Positions 8,535 through 17,488 of a stretch of 32,000 nt of DNA are shown piece after piece. Where the stretch lies: positions 1,440,001-1,472,000 of the forward strand of contig NZ_CP008796.1 of the NCBI RefSeq assembly GCF_000734015.1, read 5' to 3'. The notes beneath the pieces were generated by a model. That model worked only from the letters and a program-made list of their open reading frames with translations, was not told the DNA's origin and did not search any database. The position numbers were made by a program, and so were the translations under genes. Position 1 is the stretch's first letter, and every line of letters starts with the position of its first letter. Source of the stretch: Thermodesulfobacterium commune DSM 2178. GTDB lineage: Bacteria; Desulfobacterota; Thermodesulfobacteria; Thermodesulfobacteriales; Thermodesulfobacteriaceae.

Positions 8535-9455
8535 ATGTTAGTAGCTGACATAGGAGGTACTAATTCAAGAATAGGGATCTTAAAAAATCGCAAAATTTTA
8601 AATATCAAGATTTATCTAACCAAAGAACATAAAAATCTATACAGTATACTCGAAAGGTATTTTTCTGAAGTTTTTCTCGAAAACCTTACGGAAGAGGTTT
8701 ATTTAGCGGTTGCTGGTCCGGTTTTCGAAGATAAAGCCAAACTTACCAACCTGGGATGGGAGGTTTCTGTAAAGGAGCTTAAGAAAAAATTTAATTTCAA
8801 AGAAGTTTTTTTGGTAAACGACCTTTATGGGTTAGCACTTGGGGCCTCTTTTTTATCTGATAAAGACCTAAAAACTTTAAAAAGAGGAAAAACTAAAAAG
8901 AAGTTCCCCCGAGTGTTTTTGGCACCAGGCACAGGGTTAGGTATTTCGTTCTCGATAGATGAAGGCATAGTTTTACCCTCAGAAAACGGACATACCCTTT
9001 TTTGCGCTCTTAAAAAAGAAGAATATGCTTTTTTAGAATACTTGGGAACTCTAAACGAAGAAAAGTGCTGGGAAAAAGCTTTATCAGGAAAAGCTGTTTC
9101 TCTCTGGTATCAGTTTTATTTTAACCAAACTTTAATACCTGAAGAAATTTTTAACCTTGCTAAAAAGGGAGAAGAAAAGGCTCTTAAGACGGTTGAGACG
9201 ATGGTAGAACTTTTAGGAAGAAAGGCCTCAGAATTAGCCCTTACTTTTTTGCCAGAAGGGGGAATTTATCTCACAGGTGGTTTGGTCTCAGGATTAAAAG
9301 AGTTTTTGACAAAAAAGAATTTCTTAGATAAGTTTTTAACAGGTTATTTTAACAATCCTAAGATGGATTTTCTTTTAGAGCGTTTTCCTATCAAGTTGAT
9401 AGCTCATCCTTATCCAGTTCTCTTAGGAGCTCTTGCCATTCTCCGTAACCGATAA
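8535..9455 (+). CDS. glk: Glucokinase (Glk family)
   Basis: ADIGGTNSR, AVAGPV, LVNDL, APGTGLG, ENGH and GGIYLTGG are collinear with E. coli Glk motifs. Confidence 0.8.
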   Translation: MLVADIGGTNSRIGILKNRKILNIKIYLTKEHKNLYSILERYFSEVFLENLTEEVYLAVAGPVFEDKAKLTNLGWEVSVKELKKKFNFKEVFLVNDLYGLALGASFLSDKDLKTLKRGKTKKKFPRVFLAPGTGLGISFSIDEGIVLPSENGHTLFCALKKEEYAFLEYLGTLNEEKCWEKALSGKAVSLWYQFYFNQTLIPEEIFNLAKKGEEKALKTVETMVELLGRKASELALTFLPEGGIYLTGGLVSGLKEFLTKKNFLDKFLTGYFNNPKMDFLLERFPIKLIAHPYPVLLGALAILRNR

Positions 9456-9861
9456 AGGTTATCTTTCTTTTTGTGAGGTCCAGATATTTAAAATAAATTT
9501 CTAAAAAATCTTCCTTTAATGACTCGTTAAGGCGGTCAGCCCATTCTATAATTACAATACCTTCATTTAAAAATTCATGAAGTCCTAACTCTTCTAACTC
9601 TATATGTTCTAAACGGTAAAGGTCGACGTGGTAGATAGTATATTTTCCTTCATACACATTGATTAAAGAAAAGGTGGGACTGGTTACATAAACCTCAGGG
9701 TCTACCAATAAACCTTCTGCAACCCCTTTTACAAAGGTAGTTTTTCCACAACCTAGGTCTCCATAAAGAAGGATTAAGTCTCCGGGCTTTAAAAGTTTTG
9801 TAAGACTTCGGCCTAATTTTATGGTGTCTTCTTCGTTTTCAGTTATAAAGTTTATTTGCAT
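9391..9861 (-). CDS. tsaE: tRNA t6A37 biosynthesis ATPase TsaE
   Basis: LLYGDLGCGKTTFVKG (P-loop), SPTFSLINVY and HVDLYRL, in a protein of 156 aa. Confidence 0.85.
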   Translation of the reverse strand: MQINFITENEEDTIKLGRSLTKLLKPGDLILLYGDLGCGKTTFVKGVAEGLLVDPEVYVTSPTFSLINVYEGKYTIYHVDLYRLEHIELEELGLHEFLNEGIVIIEWADRLNESLKEDFLEIYFKYLDLTKRKITFIGYGEWQELLRELDKDELST

Positions 9862-9880
9862 TTATAGATTTTTAAAAATT

Positions 9881-12481
9881 TTATTTTCCTAAAATAAAAA
9901 GCACAGCATTTTCTTTTTTTAGATAGGTTTTTATAAACTTTTGGATATCTTCTTGTTTGATATATTGTAACATGTTTTCGTAATTTTGACTATAGTCCCA
10001 CCCAAGGTTTAAAACCTCATTTACTGCTATGTCTTCGGATTTAGCAAGGTTGCTTTGTAAGCCAATTTTGAGCTTACCTAAAAGTCTGTTTTTAGCCCTT
10101 TCGATTTCCTCTAAGGTTAAACCTTTTTTAGAAACTTCTTCCAAAATTTCCCAAAAACCTGCTATCGCAGCTTCTTCTTTTTCCGGAGAACAACCTATGT
10201 AGAACACAAAGGCAGATTTTTTAGGATAAAACACCGTAAACGAGGTAACGCTATAAGCAAGGGAGCGTTCATCCCGTAAAACCCTAAATAGCCTTCCGTC
10301 TTGGCCTGAGAGAGCACTGCTTAAGATTTCTAATACCAGTTTTTCCTTTGAATTAAGACCAGGAGTTTGAAATCCAAGTAAAATTTGGTTCTGGAAGGTT
10401 TCTTTTTTTATTTTTTGGGTCTTCTGAGAAGGGAGTTTAGGTTCTTCTTCTTCTTTAACTCTTACCTTTGAGGCTTTCCAGTCCTTTAGATAGGATTCGA
10501 GTTTTTGTTTTAGGATTAAGGGGTCTACGTCCCCTACCACGGTTAATACAGCCTTTTCAGGGGTAACAAAATTTTGATAAGCCTGCCTTAGGTCTTCGGC
10601 TTTAAAGTTTTGGTAAAAAATTAAGTCGCCTGCTATGTTTAATCCATAGGGATGATCTGAAAAAAGTATTTTTAAAAATTGATTGACAGCTAAGCTGATC
10701 GGACTGTCTTCTTGCATAAAAATCATAGAAATAAGTTCAGGCCGAGCTTTTTCACACTCCTCTTCTTTAAAAGTAGGAGTTAGTAAGATTTCCTTAAAAA
10801 GCTTTAAGGTTTCATCAAAATTAGAGGAAAGGGAGAGTGCTTTTAACCCAAAGGTATTTCTTCCAGAAAAACCTTTTATGGTAGCACCTAATGCCTCAAG
10901 CTTAGAGGAGATTTCTTCTGCAGAATATTTTTGAGTTCCTCTTGTCCAAAGAAGGGTTAATGCTTGAAAAAGTCCATTAGTTTGAGGGGTCTCAAACCTC
11001 AAACCTCCTGGAAAGGCTAAGGTTATTCCTACGGTGGGTAAATCCTTCCGTGGATAGACGATGACCTTTAGTTTATTTTCTAAGGTAAAGAATTTAACAG
11101 GAGAATCTTTTTTTACAGAGATCAATTTTTTAAAATCTTCTTCATCAAAAAGCCTTTTTTCAGATAGAAACCCACCTACCAGTTTATCAAAATTAAAGTA
11201 TTTTTTCGCTACCTCTTTTAGGTCTTCAACCGTTGCTTGCTCTATCTTGTTTTTATACCACAGGATGTCCCTATAATTTCCTCTTTTTAGCTGAAAAAAC
11301 GAAAGAGTGTTTGAAAGACCATCAGAAGTTTCTGCATCAAACACAAAGTCAGAAATTAGTTGTACTTTTGCTTTTTTTAACTCTTCTTCAGTAACTCCTA
11401 AATTTTTGATTTCTTCAAGCTCGGTTATCAGATGGGAGACTATGTCTTTAAACTTTTCTTGGTCTGCAGTGCCATAGATTTCTATCAACCCAGGTCCTAC
11501 CGGAGAAAAAGCAGAAATAGAGATAGTCTTTACTAAGTTTAATTCCCTTTTTAATCTTACGTAAAGTCTTGAAGATTCTCCTCCTCCTAAGGCCTGGACA
11601 AGTAGGTCTAAAAGAGGTGCATCTTCTTCCCTAAAAGAAACCCCAGGCAAAGTAAAAACAAAATACCCCTCTTTAACCGGTCTTTCTACCCAGACTAACT
11701 TTGGTTTTTCTGTAAAGGGTTCTTCAGGGAATTTTACTTTTTTAAGCTTTCGTTTAGGAAGGTTGGTAAAGAATTTATTGATTAGAGAAAGGAGCTCATC
11801 CTGAGGGACTTTCCCTACCACTGAAAGGACCATATTTTCAGGGGTATAAAACTGGTTGATAAAGGACAAGAGGTCTTCTCTTTTAAGAGACCTTACGGTT
11901 TCTTCATAACCGATGATAGGGCGTCTATAAGGATATTTTTGATAAGAGGCCTTCATGACTTCCTCGAAAAGCACTACATGGGGATTGTCAAGCCTCATTT
12001 TCATCTCCTCAACCACCACTTCTTTTTCTCTTTCTAACTCTTTAGGGTCAAAATAAGGATGAAACACTATGTCAGAAAGTATATCTAAGGATTTTTCTAA
12101 GATCTTGGTTGGGCCTGTGGTATAATAACAGGTGTAATCAAAAGAGGTAAAGGCGTTCATGTAGCCACCAAGGGCTTCGATTTCACCTACGATATCCTCT
12201 GGCTTTTTGGATTCGGTGCCTTTAAAGATCATGTGTTCTATAAGATGGGTAATCCCTGCCTGTTTTTCATTTTCATAAGCACTACCGACTTTAACGCAAA
12301 GCTTAACAGTTACCACGTCTTCTCTTTCATAGGGATAAAAAAGTACCGTAAGCCCGTTTGCAAGTTTTTTTTCTACCACCTTGTCTACTATGTAATCAGA
12401 TTTTTTAGCTTCTCCTGGCATACTAAAACCTCCTAAAAACAGGATGATAAAAAATACTATCCAAAACAATTTTTTCAACAT
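9881..12481 (-). CDS. Secreted M16-family zinc peptidase (tandem M16 halves, PqqL-like)
   Basis: N-terminal signal peptide; inverted zinc motif HLIEHMIFKG (HxxEH); 866 aa, which fits two M16 active/inactive domain pairs. Confidence 0.85.
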   Translation of the reverse strand: MLKKLFWIVFFIILFLGGFSMPGEAKKSDYIVDKVVEKKLANGLTVLFYPYEREDVVTVKLCVKVGSAYENEKQAGITHLIEHMIFKGTESKKPEDIVGEIEALGGYMNAFTSFDYTCYYTTGPTKILEKSLDILSDIVFHPYFDPKELEREKEVVVEEMKMRLDNPHVVLFEEVMKASYQKYPYRRPIIGYEETVRSLKREDLLSFINQFYTPENMVLSVVGKVPQDELLSLINKFFTNLPKRKLKKVKFPEEPFTEKPKLVWVERPVKEGYFVFTLPGVSFREEDAPLLDLLVQALGGGESSRLYVRLKRELNLVKTISISAFSPVGPGLIEIYGTADQEKFKDIVSHLITELEEIKNLGVTEEELKKAKVQLISDFVFDAETSDGLSNTLSFFQLKRGNYRDILWYKNKIEQATVEDLKEVAKKYFNFDKLVGGFLSEKRLFDEEDFKKLISVKKDSPVKFFTLENKLKVIVYPRKDLPTVGITLAFPGGLRFETPQTNGLFQALTLLWTRGTQKYSAEEISSKLEALGATIKGFSGRNTFGLKALSLSSNFDETLKLFKEILLTPTFKEEECEKARPELISMIFMQEDSPISLAVNQFLKILFSDHPYGLNIAGDLIFYQNFKAEDLRQAYQNFVTPEKAVLTVVGDVDPLILKQKLESYLKDWKASKVRVKEEEEPKLPSQKTQKIKKETFQNQILLGFQTPGLNSKEKLVLEILSSALSGQDGRLFRVLRDERSLAYSVTSFTVFYPKKSAFVFYIGCSPEKEEAAIAGFWEILEEVSKKGLTLEEIERAKNRLLGKLKIGLQSNLAKSEDIAVNEVLNLGWDYSQNYENMLQYIKQEDIQKFIKTYLKKENAVLFILGK

Positions 12482-12639
12482 TTTAAGTCTCCCCGCTTAA
12501 ATCTGATTATATAACTTTTTAATTTATCATAGTTATAATTTTTATCCAGTGAGGTTAGGTTTTGCTAAATTTTCAGGTTATGAGCTTTCAATCTGTGTAG
12601 ATATAATTTTCGTAATGTTTATAAAAAATAATTGACCTT

Positions 12640-12745
12640 AATTTGTCGATAGAAGTTTATGGGAGAAATATGTTTTATGAAAATTTTTTAAGTTTAAAGA
12701 TTACAGAAAAATTTTTTCTTTTATTCTCTATCGGCAAATTAGGGT
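12640..12745 (+). repeat. Intergenic repeat element, copy B (compact), bounded by 14-bp imperfect terminal inverted repeats
   Basis: AATTTGTCGATAGA (12640-12653) pairs with TCTATCGGCAAATT (12727-12740) at 13/14 complementary positions. The internal blocks match copy A (see 6328-6510). The left end resembles the first bases of the CRISPR leader (AAATTTCTGTCGATC at 21628). Confidence 0.75.
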
Positions 12746-12759
12746 ATTATAAAAAACAT

Positions 12760-12789
12760 TTGACTTTTATAAAGATTTTATTATATAAA
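12760..12789 (+). promoter_or_regulatory. Candidate cas operon promoter (TTGACT-N16-TATATA)
   Basis: TTGACT at 12760-12765 and TATATA at 12782-12787, about 30 nt upstream of the cas6 ATG. Confidence 0.35.
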
Positions 12790-12819
12790 ATTTTTTAAAG
12801 TGTTAATTTGTTTGCAAAA

Positions 12820-13557
12820 ATGAGATTAAGTTTAACTTTTTCATTTACCAAAAATTTGCTTCTACCTCTTCATTACAATGAAATACTTCAGGGCTTGATT
12901 TACCGTCTTTTAGATAAAGCTATTGCTGAGAAGCTTCACGATGAAGGTTTTGTCTTAGGAAAAAGAAAGTTTAAATTATTTACTTTTTCTCGTCTCTTTG
13001 GGAATTTTGAGAGGCAGGGAGAGAACCTTAAATTTTTTTCTCCTTTTAAGTTTTATTTATCTTCTCCTTATAATGAAATGATTGAGAGTTTAGCTTTAAA
13101 TCTTTTAAAAGCTCCTGAAATCAAGATTTTAGAGAATAAGATTTTAGTTGAAAGTATTGAAGTTGTAGCCTCTCCTGTCATAAAAAGAGAAGTGACAGTT
13201 AAGATGCTCTCTCCTCTCACTGTTTACAGTACCTTGTTGAGTCCTGACGGTAAGAAGAAGACTTATTATTATCATCCTAAGGAAAAAGAATTTTCTCAGC
13301 TTGTTAAAGAAAACTTAGTTAAGAAATACAAAGCCTTTTACGGAAAGATACCTCCTTCTGAGGATTTTTTTATAGAGCCTTTAGGGATAAGTAACAAAAA
13401 CGAAAAGTTAGTCATTTATAAAGGGTTTATAATAAAAGGTTGGATGGGAAAGTTTAGATTAAGAGGGGATCCTGAGCTTATAAAATTTTCTTACGAAGCT
13501 GGTCTTGGAGCAAAGAATTCTCAAGGGTTTGGGATGTGGGAGATTTTAGAAAAATAA
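12820..13557 (+). CDS. cas6: CRISPR endoribonuclease Cas6
   Basis: It starts MRLSLTFSF, and the C-terminal Gly-rich loop GLGAKNSQGFGMWE is typical of Cas6. The ORF track starts at TTG 12808; I consider ATG 12820 more likely. Confidence 0.85.
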   Translation: MRLSLTFSFTKNLLLPLHYNEILQGLIYRLLDKAIAEKLHDEGFVLGKRKFKLFTFSRLFGNFERQGENLKFFSPFKFYLSSPYNEMIESLALNLLKAPEIKILENKILVESIEVVASPVIKREVTVKMLSPLTVYSTLLSPDGKKKTYYYHPKEKEFSQLVKENLVKKYKAFYGKIPPSEDFFIEPLGISNKNEKLVIYKGFIIKGWMGKFRLRGDPELIKFSYEAGLGAKNSQGFGMWEILEK

Positions 13558-13642
13558 AAATTATCATGTCAGAAATAGGATTAAAAAGCTGTTATAAATT
13601 AAATAGAAAATAAATATTAATGAAAAGGGACTTTAACAAAAA

Positions 13643-15352
13643 ATGCAAAATATAAGTCTAAATGTTAGAGATTTTTATAAAAAATACTTTCAAATAGACG
13701 AACCTTACGAATTTCAAGAGAGGATCTGGGATTTAATTTTACAAGGTAAAAATCCCCTATTGGTTAGAGCTCCCACAGGTAGTGGCAAAACTGAGGCAGT
13801 AATTGCCCCATTTTTAGCTCAGTTTATCAATAATGATTTTATCATTGCACCAAGGTTAATTTATGTGCTACCTATGAGAGTACTTGTCAACGGTATTGCG
13901 CAAAGGATAAAAAAATACGCAGAGAGAATTTCTCCAAACATATCTGTTGAAATTCAGCACGGTGACATCCCTGATTCACCGTTTTTTATTGCTGATATTA
14001 TAGTTACAACTCTTGACCAGTTTCTTTATGGTTTTGCAAGAGCAAGTAGACAGGTAGGATATCATATTGATGTACCTGCTGGCTCTATAGCTTCTTCTTT
14101 AGTAGTTTTTGATGAAGCACATATGTACAGAGATGGGTTTACGTTTTCCATCATGAGGGCTTTAATGGAAATACTTTATAGAAGCAACATTCCTTTTGTG
14201 GTTATGACAGCAACCATGCCTAAAACTCTTGAAGAGAGCCTTTTTGAGAGAATTGAAATGGATGAGGAGCAGAAGATTTTCGCAGATCTTCCTTCTTCTT
14301 CAAAGATTAAGATAACTCTTATTGATAAGCCTCTTTTTTCAAAGGAAGATATAAATCTTTCCGATGAGCTTTTAGAAAAAATAAAGAAAAAGAAAACCCT
14401 GATCGTGGCAAATCAAGTTAAAAGAGCCCAAAAAATTTATGAGAAAATTAAGTTAAGGCTTGATTTGAGAGACGAAGAGATTGTTTTACTTCATTCAAGA
14501 TTTACCAAAGCGGATAGAGCTTTCCACGAAACGAAAGCGTTATCATTAATACCCCACAAAGAAGATGGAAAAATTGTTGTTCCTGAAGGAGCAGGTATTG
14601 TAGTTTCAACCCAGGTTCTTGAAGCAGGAATAGATTTTTCAGCAGAGCTTTTACTTACAGAGCTTGCACCAGCTGATTCTCTGGTTCAAAGGTCTGGAAG
14701 ATGTGCAAGATATAATGGGCAGAAAGGCGAGATGTACATATTTCCAGTGGAGGAAGAAAATAAAGGTTACTTGCCTTATGAGAAGAAATGCTTAGAAAAA
14801 ACTTGGGAGTGGCTTAAGAATAATCCTGATTTTGACATAAAGGATTTTAACCAAGTGTGTAACTTTGTTGATTTCACCCTTGACTACAAAGCAAACGATT
14901 ATGAAGCAGCAGATACTTTAATTGACCTTTATGAATGTGTTTTGTATGCCGATACAGAACCAAGAAATATTCAGTTAAGGAAAAGTAAGCCAGTAACAAT
15001 AGTCATTTTAGACATTCCTGACAGAAGCGGTGAAAAGATTAGAAAAGAGGTTGAAGCTAAATATTTAGAACATCTCAGGAATACCACAATAAAGGATGTT
15101 TCCTTTGAGATAGACACGAATATTGCTTGGGCCTGGTTTAAAGATAGACTAATTAAATATGAAATCAAGTGGAGATATAATGAGAATACTAAAAGGAACG
15201 AATTTGAGGTTATTGATCTATTTAAGATGAGGACGAGCCGAGAACCAGAAGAGGAAGATCCAAGGATAAATCCTTTTGGTATTTATGTAATTCCTAAGGC
15301 CTACTATGATCCCACTTTAGGGGTTGAAAAAGATGGTAGTCCTTTTATTTAG
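13643..15352 (+). CDS. cas3: Cas3' helicase (stand-alone SF2 helicase without an HD domain)
   Basis: APTGSGKTEA (motif I), VVFDEAHMY (DEAH), VSTQVLEAGIDF and QRSGRCARY (motif VI). No HD motif at the N-terminus. Confidence 0.9.
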   Translation: MQNISLNVRDFYKKYFQIDEPYEFQERIWDLILQGKNPLLVRAPTGSGKTEAVIAPFLAQFINNDFIIAPRLIYVLPMRVLVNGIAQRIKKYAERISPNISVEIQHGDIPDSPFFIADIIVTTLDQFLYGFARASRQVGYHIDVPAGSIASSLVVFDEAHMYRDGFTFSIMRALMEILYRSNIPFVVMTATMPKTLEESLFERIEMDEEQKIFADLPSSSKIKITLIDKPLFSKEDINLSDELLEKIKKKKTLIVANQVKRAQKIYEKIKLRLDLRDEEIVLLHSRFTKADRAFHETKALSLIPHKEDGKIVVPEGAGIVVSTQVLEAGIDFSAELLLTELAPADSLVQRSGRCARYNGQKGEMYIFPVEEENKGYLPYEKKCLEKTWEWLKNNPDFDIKDFNQVCNFVDFTLDYKANDYEAADTLIDLYECVLYADTEPRNIQLRKSKPVTIVILDIPDRSGEKIRKEVEAKYLEHLRNTTIKDVSFEIDTNIAWAWFKDRLIKYEIKWRYNENTKRNEFEVIDLFKMRTSREPEEEDPRINPFGIYVIPKAYYDPTLGVEKDGSPFI

Positions 15353-16091
15353 TGCACCTGAGGAAGAGTATTTAAAGCATATTAAAAGGTGTGAAGAAAA
15401 GTTTGAAATTTTATTTTCGATTTTTTCTCACACAGTAAGAAGGATACTGAATAGCTCTTTTTCAGAAGATGAACTACGCCAATATTTCTTGAAGATGATT
15501 AGGTTCCACGACCTTGGCAAGCTCACCAAAAAATGGCAGGAGAATATAGGTAAAGATAAAAATAAAAAATTACCCTCTCATGCTCCAATAGGTGCTGCCT
15601 ACCTGTGGAAAGTTTTGCCAAAAGGTATAAAAGAATCTTTAGCCTTTGCGGTTGCTATTCATCATACAGACCGGGGTCTTCTTGGAGACAACATTGAAAG
15701 ACCAGATGTTCAGGCAATACTTGATGGCATAGTTAAGAATGACGGGAGTATTGATTGGCACAAAGGAGTAGATGATTTAGATAAAGAATACTTTCCAGAT
15801 GGAGCAAGAGAGCTTACGATTAATGATTTAAGAGAAATGGCAAGAGGATTAAGGGTCTGGGCAAGAGGATGCGATTTATTTGAACAACACCGAAGAAGAC
15901 TCCAAGTTGCATTAGCCCATCACATACTAAAACTTTGCGATATCTCTGCTGCAGTAGAGCGAAAAGAGTATCAAAAAGGAGATGAAAATAAAGAAGTCTA
16001 TTTTGGTGGATGGCTTATGTCTAGTAATATAAAAAGTTATGTGGAGAACGTTTATAATCGTATGCAACAATTAAAAAGGTTAAAAACATAG
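15333..16091 (+). CDS. cas3: Cas3'' HD nuclease (stand-alone)
   Basis: IRFHDLGKLTKKWQ (HD), AVAIHHTDRG and LCDISAAVE. ATG 15333 is preceded by AGGGG and overlaps the cas3' end by 20 nt. The ORF track starts at TTG 15324. Confidence 0.8.
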   Translation: MVVLLFSAPEEEYLKHIKRCEEKFEILFSIFSHTVRRILNSSFSEDELRQYFLKMIRFHDLGKLTKKWQENIGKDKNKKLPSHAPIGAAYLWKVLPKGIKESLAFAVAIHHTDRGLLGDNIERPDVQAILDGIVKNDGSIDWHKGVDDLDKEYFPDGARELTINDLREMARGLRVWARGCDLFEQHRRRLQVALAHHILKLCDISAAVERKEYQKGDENKEVYFGGWLMSSNIKSYVENVYNRMQQLKRLKT

Positions 16092-16113
16092 AAAATGGCA
16101 AATTAAATAACAA

Positions 16114-17487
16114 ATGATTAACTTATACACTCCTGCAACAGGATTTCCGGATTTAGAAGTTAAAATAGCTTATGGACTTGCGAGGGTCGGGATTGAGGCG
16201 TTTGGGATAAATAGAGTAAAAATAATTCCTGAAAAAGGATTTTATTTGGTTTTAATAGATGGAAATATCCCAAAACTCAATGATACTTTTCATAAAATTT
16301 CAGCAAGAGTTTTGAGTTCTGATTTTATTCCCCGTTCAACTCCAGGAATAACAGGAAGAACAGCTGATACAATAAAAGTGAGCAAAAACGAAACTTTTGA
16401 TTTAAGTATATATACGCATATTATAGAAATTGCTGAACACAAAAAATCAGAAAATTTTTGTAGACACAAAGAAAAAATTAAAGTAAGCAATGTCATTGGA
16501 TTTACTGCCGCTGCCACAACTGGTGTTTTATGTAAAAGAGATGGTCTTGATATTACCTATTATCAAGGAGTACCAAGAAGACCAACAGATCCAAGAGAAA
16601 TCTGCAAGACTTGTGCTTTATTAGCCCTTCTTGGTATGTGGTATGCTTCTTTTATATTCAATATTGCCGATAAAGAGGTTATTATAACTCCTATACCAAA
16701 TAATGAAGTTAGCGGTTTAAAATTGCAGGAGATTTTTTCTATTCAGCATCAGATAAGAAAAGAATGGTTTGGGCAAGAAATTCCCCAAGTACTTATTCCT
16801 TTGTTCTTTCTTTCAAGGATTCCGTCTTCTGCAGATATTCTTGAAGGATTTGATTTGTTCGTTGCAGTATTAAGCCGTCAACAAGGTTATCATGTGGATG
16901 GGATTTATTTGCTTTCTATTGAAAAGTATTTAAACTTTCTAAGAGATAATCCGTTTAATATAGCAAGTATTGATGTAATGCTGCGGAATAATGCTTTTTC
17001 AGCTCTTACGGAGTTAAATAATGTTATTTATTATAAAAAAGATTCGATAACAAAATTTGCTCGTCTTTATGTTCAAGAAACATCATCTGACAAGTTCGTT
17101 AATCTTCTATATCCACAAACAGCAAAATATCTTTTAAGGGAGGTAGGGATGATTAGACAGGATATAATTGAAAATCCTGCGTTAGCAAGTCTTGCAAGGA
17201 CTTTGAGATATTTCATCAGAGAGAGAAAATATGGATATGCTGATGACATAAGAAATGCAAGAAAGGACTCAAGGGATTTTGAGGAGACGATAGCCAGAAT
17301 GCTTAGAGAGGGAAGGTTAAGACTTGAACAAAAAGAAAAAATTCATTTACCAACAGAAGATGAAATAAAAGAAGTATTCAGACTTGCTAATGAAAATTTT
17401 GAAGCTACAAAAACAGCTCTTGTTATACTTGCTTTTTCATTTCCATCCAAAGTTGAGCAAACTGCAGAAAATATAGAGGAGGTGTAA
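16114..17487 (+). CDS. cas8b: Large subunit, Cas8b/Cst1-like (assigned mainly by position)
   Basis: 457 aa, located between cas3'' and cas7. It has a CKTCALLALLG motif and a helical C-terminal region. I recognise no strong family motif. Confidence 0.6.
   Translation: MINLYTPATGFPDLEVKIAYGLARVGIEAFGINRVKIIPEKGFYLVLIDGNIPKLNDTFHKISARVLSSDFIPRSTPGITGRTADTIKVSKNETFDLSIYTHIIEIAEHKKSENFCRHKEKIKVSNVIGFTAAATTGVLCKRDGLDITYYQGVPRRPTDPREICKTCALLALLGMWYASFIFNIADKEVIITPIPNNEVSGLKLQEIFSIQHQIRKEWFGQEIPQVLIPLFFLSRIPSSADILEGFDLFVAVLSRQQGYHVDGIYLLSIEKYLNFLRDNPFNIASIDVMLRNNAFSALTELNNVIYYKKDSITKFARLYVQETSSDKFVNLLYPQTAKYLLREVGMIRQDIIENPALASLARTLRYFIRERKYGYADDIRNARKDSRDFEETIARMLREGRLRLEQKEKIHLPTEDEIKEVFRLANENFEATKTALVILAFSFPSKVEQTAENIEEV
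17149..17487 (+). CDS. Putative internally translated small subunit (Cas11b-like) nested in cas8b
   Basis: An in-frame ATG at 17149 is preceded by GGGAGG (17138-17143) at 5-nt spacing. It would give a 112-aa helical product. The call is hypothesis level. Confidence 0.35.
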   Translation: MIRQDIIENPALASLARTLRYFIRERKYGYADDIRNARKDSRDFEETIARMLREGRLRLEQKEKIHLPTEDEIKEVFRLANENFEATKTALVILAFSFPSKVEQTAENIEEV

Positions 17488-17488
17488 A

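Noticed and set aside
12692-12720. GTTTAAAGATTACAGAAAAATTTTTTC inside repeat element B (and its counterpart at 6457) as a degenerate orphan CRISPR repeat
   Set aside because: It shares only scattered identity with GTTTTGAGCCTACCTACAAGGAATTGAAAC (GTTT, TAC, a GAA/ATT run). The diagnostic ATTGAAAC 3' end is absent, and indels are needed to align it.
6328-12745. Direct copies of the repeat element bracketing a 6-kb segment, read as boundaries of a mobile or excisable island
   Set aside because: The enclosed genes (pal, skp, glk, tsaE, M16 peptidase) are core housekeeping genes. No integrase or transposase is present, and copy A lacks the left inverted-repeat arm.
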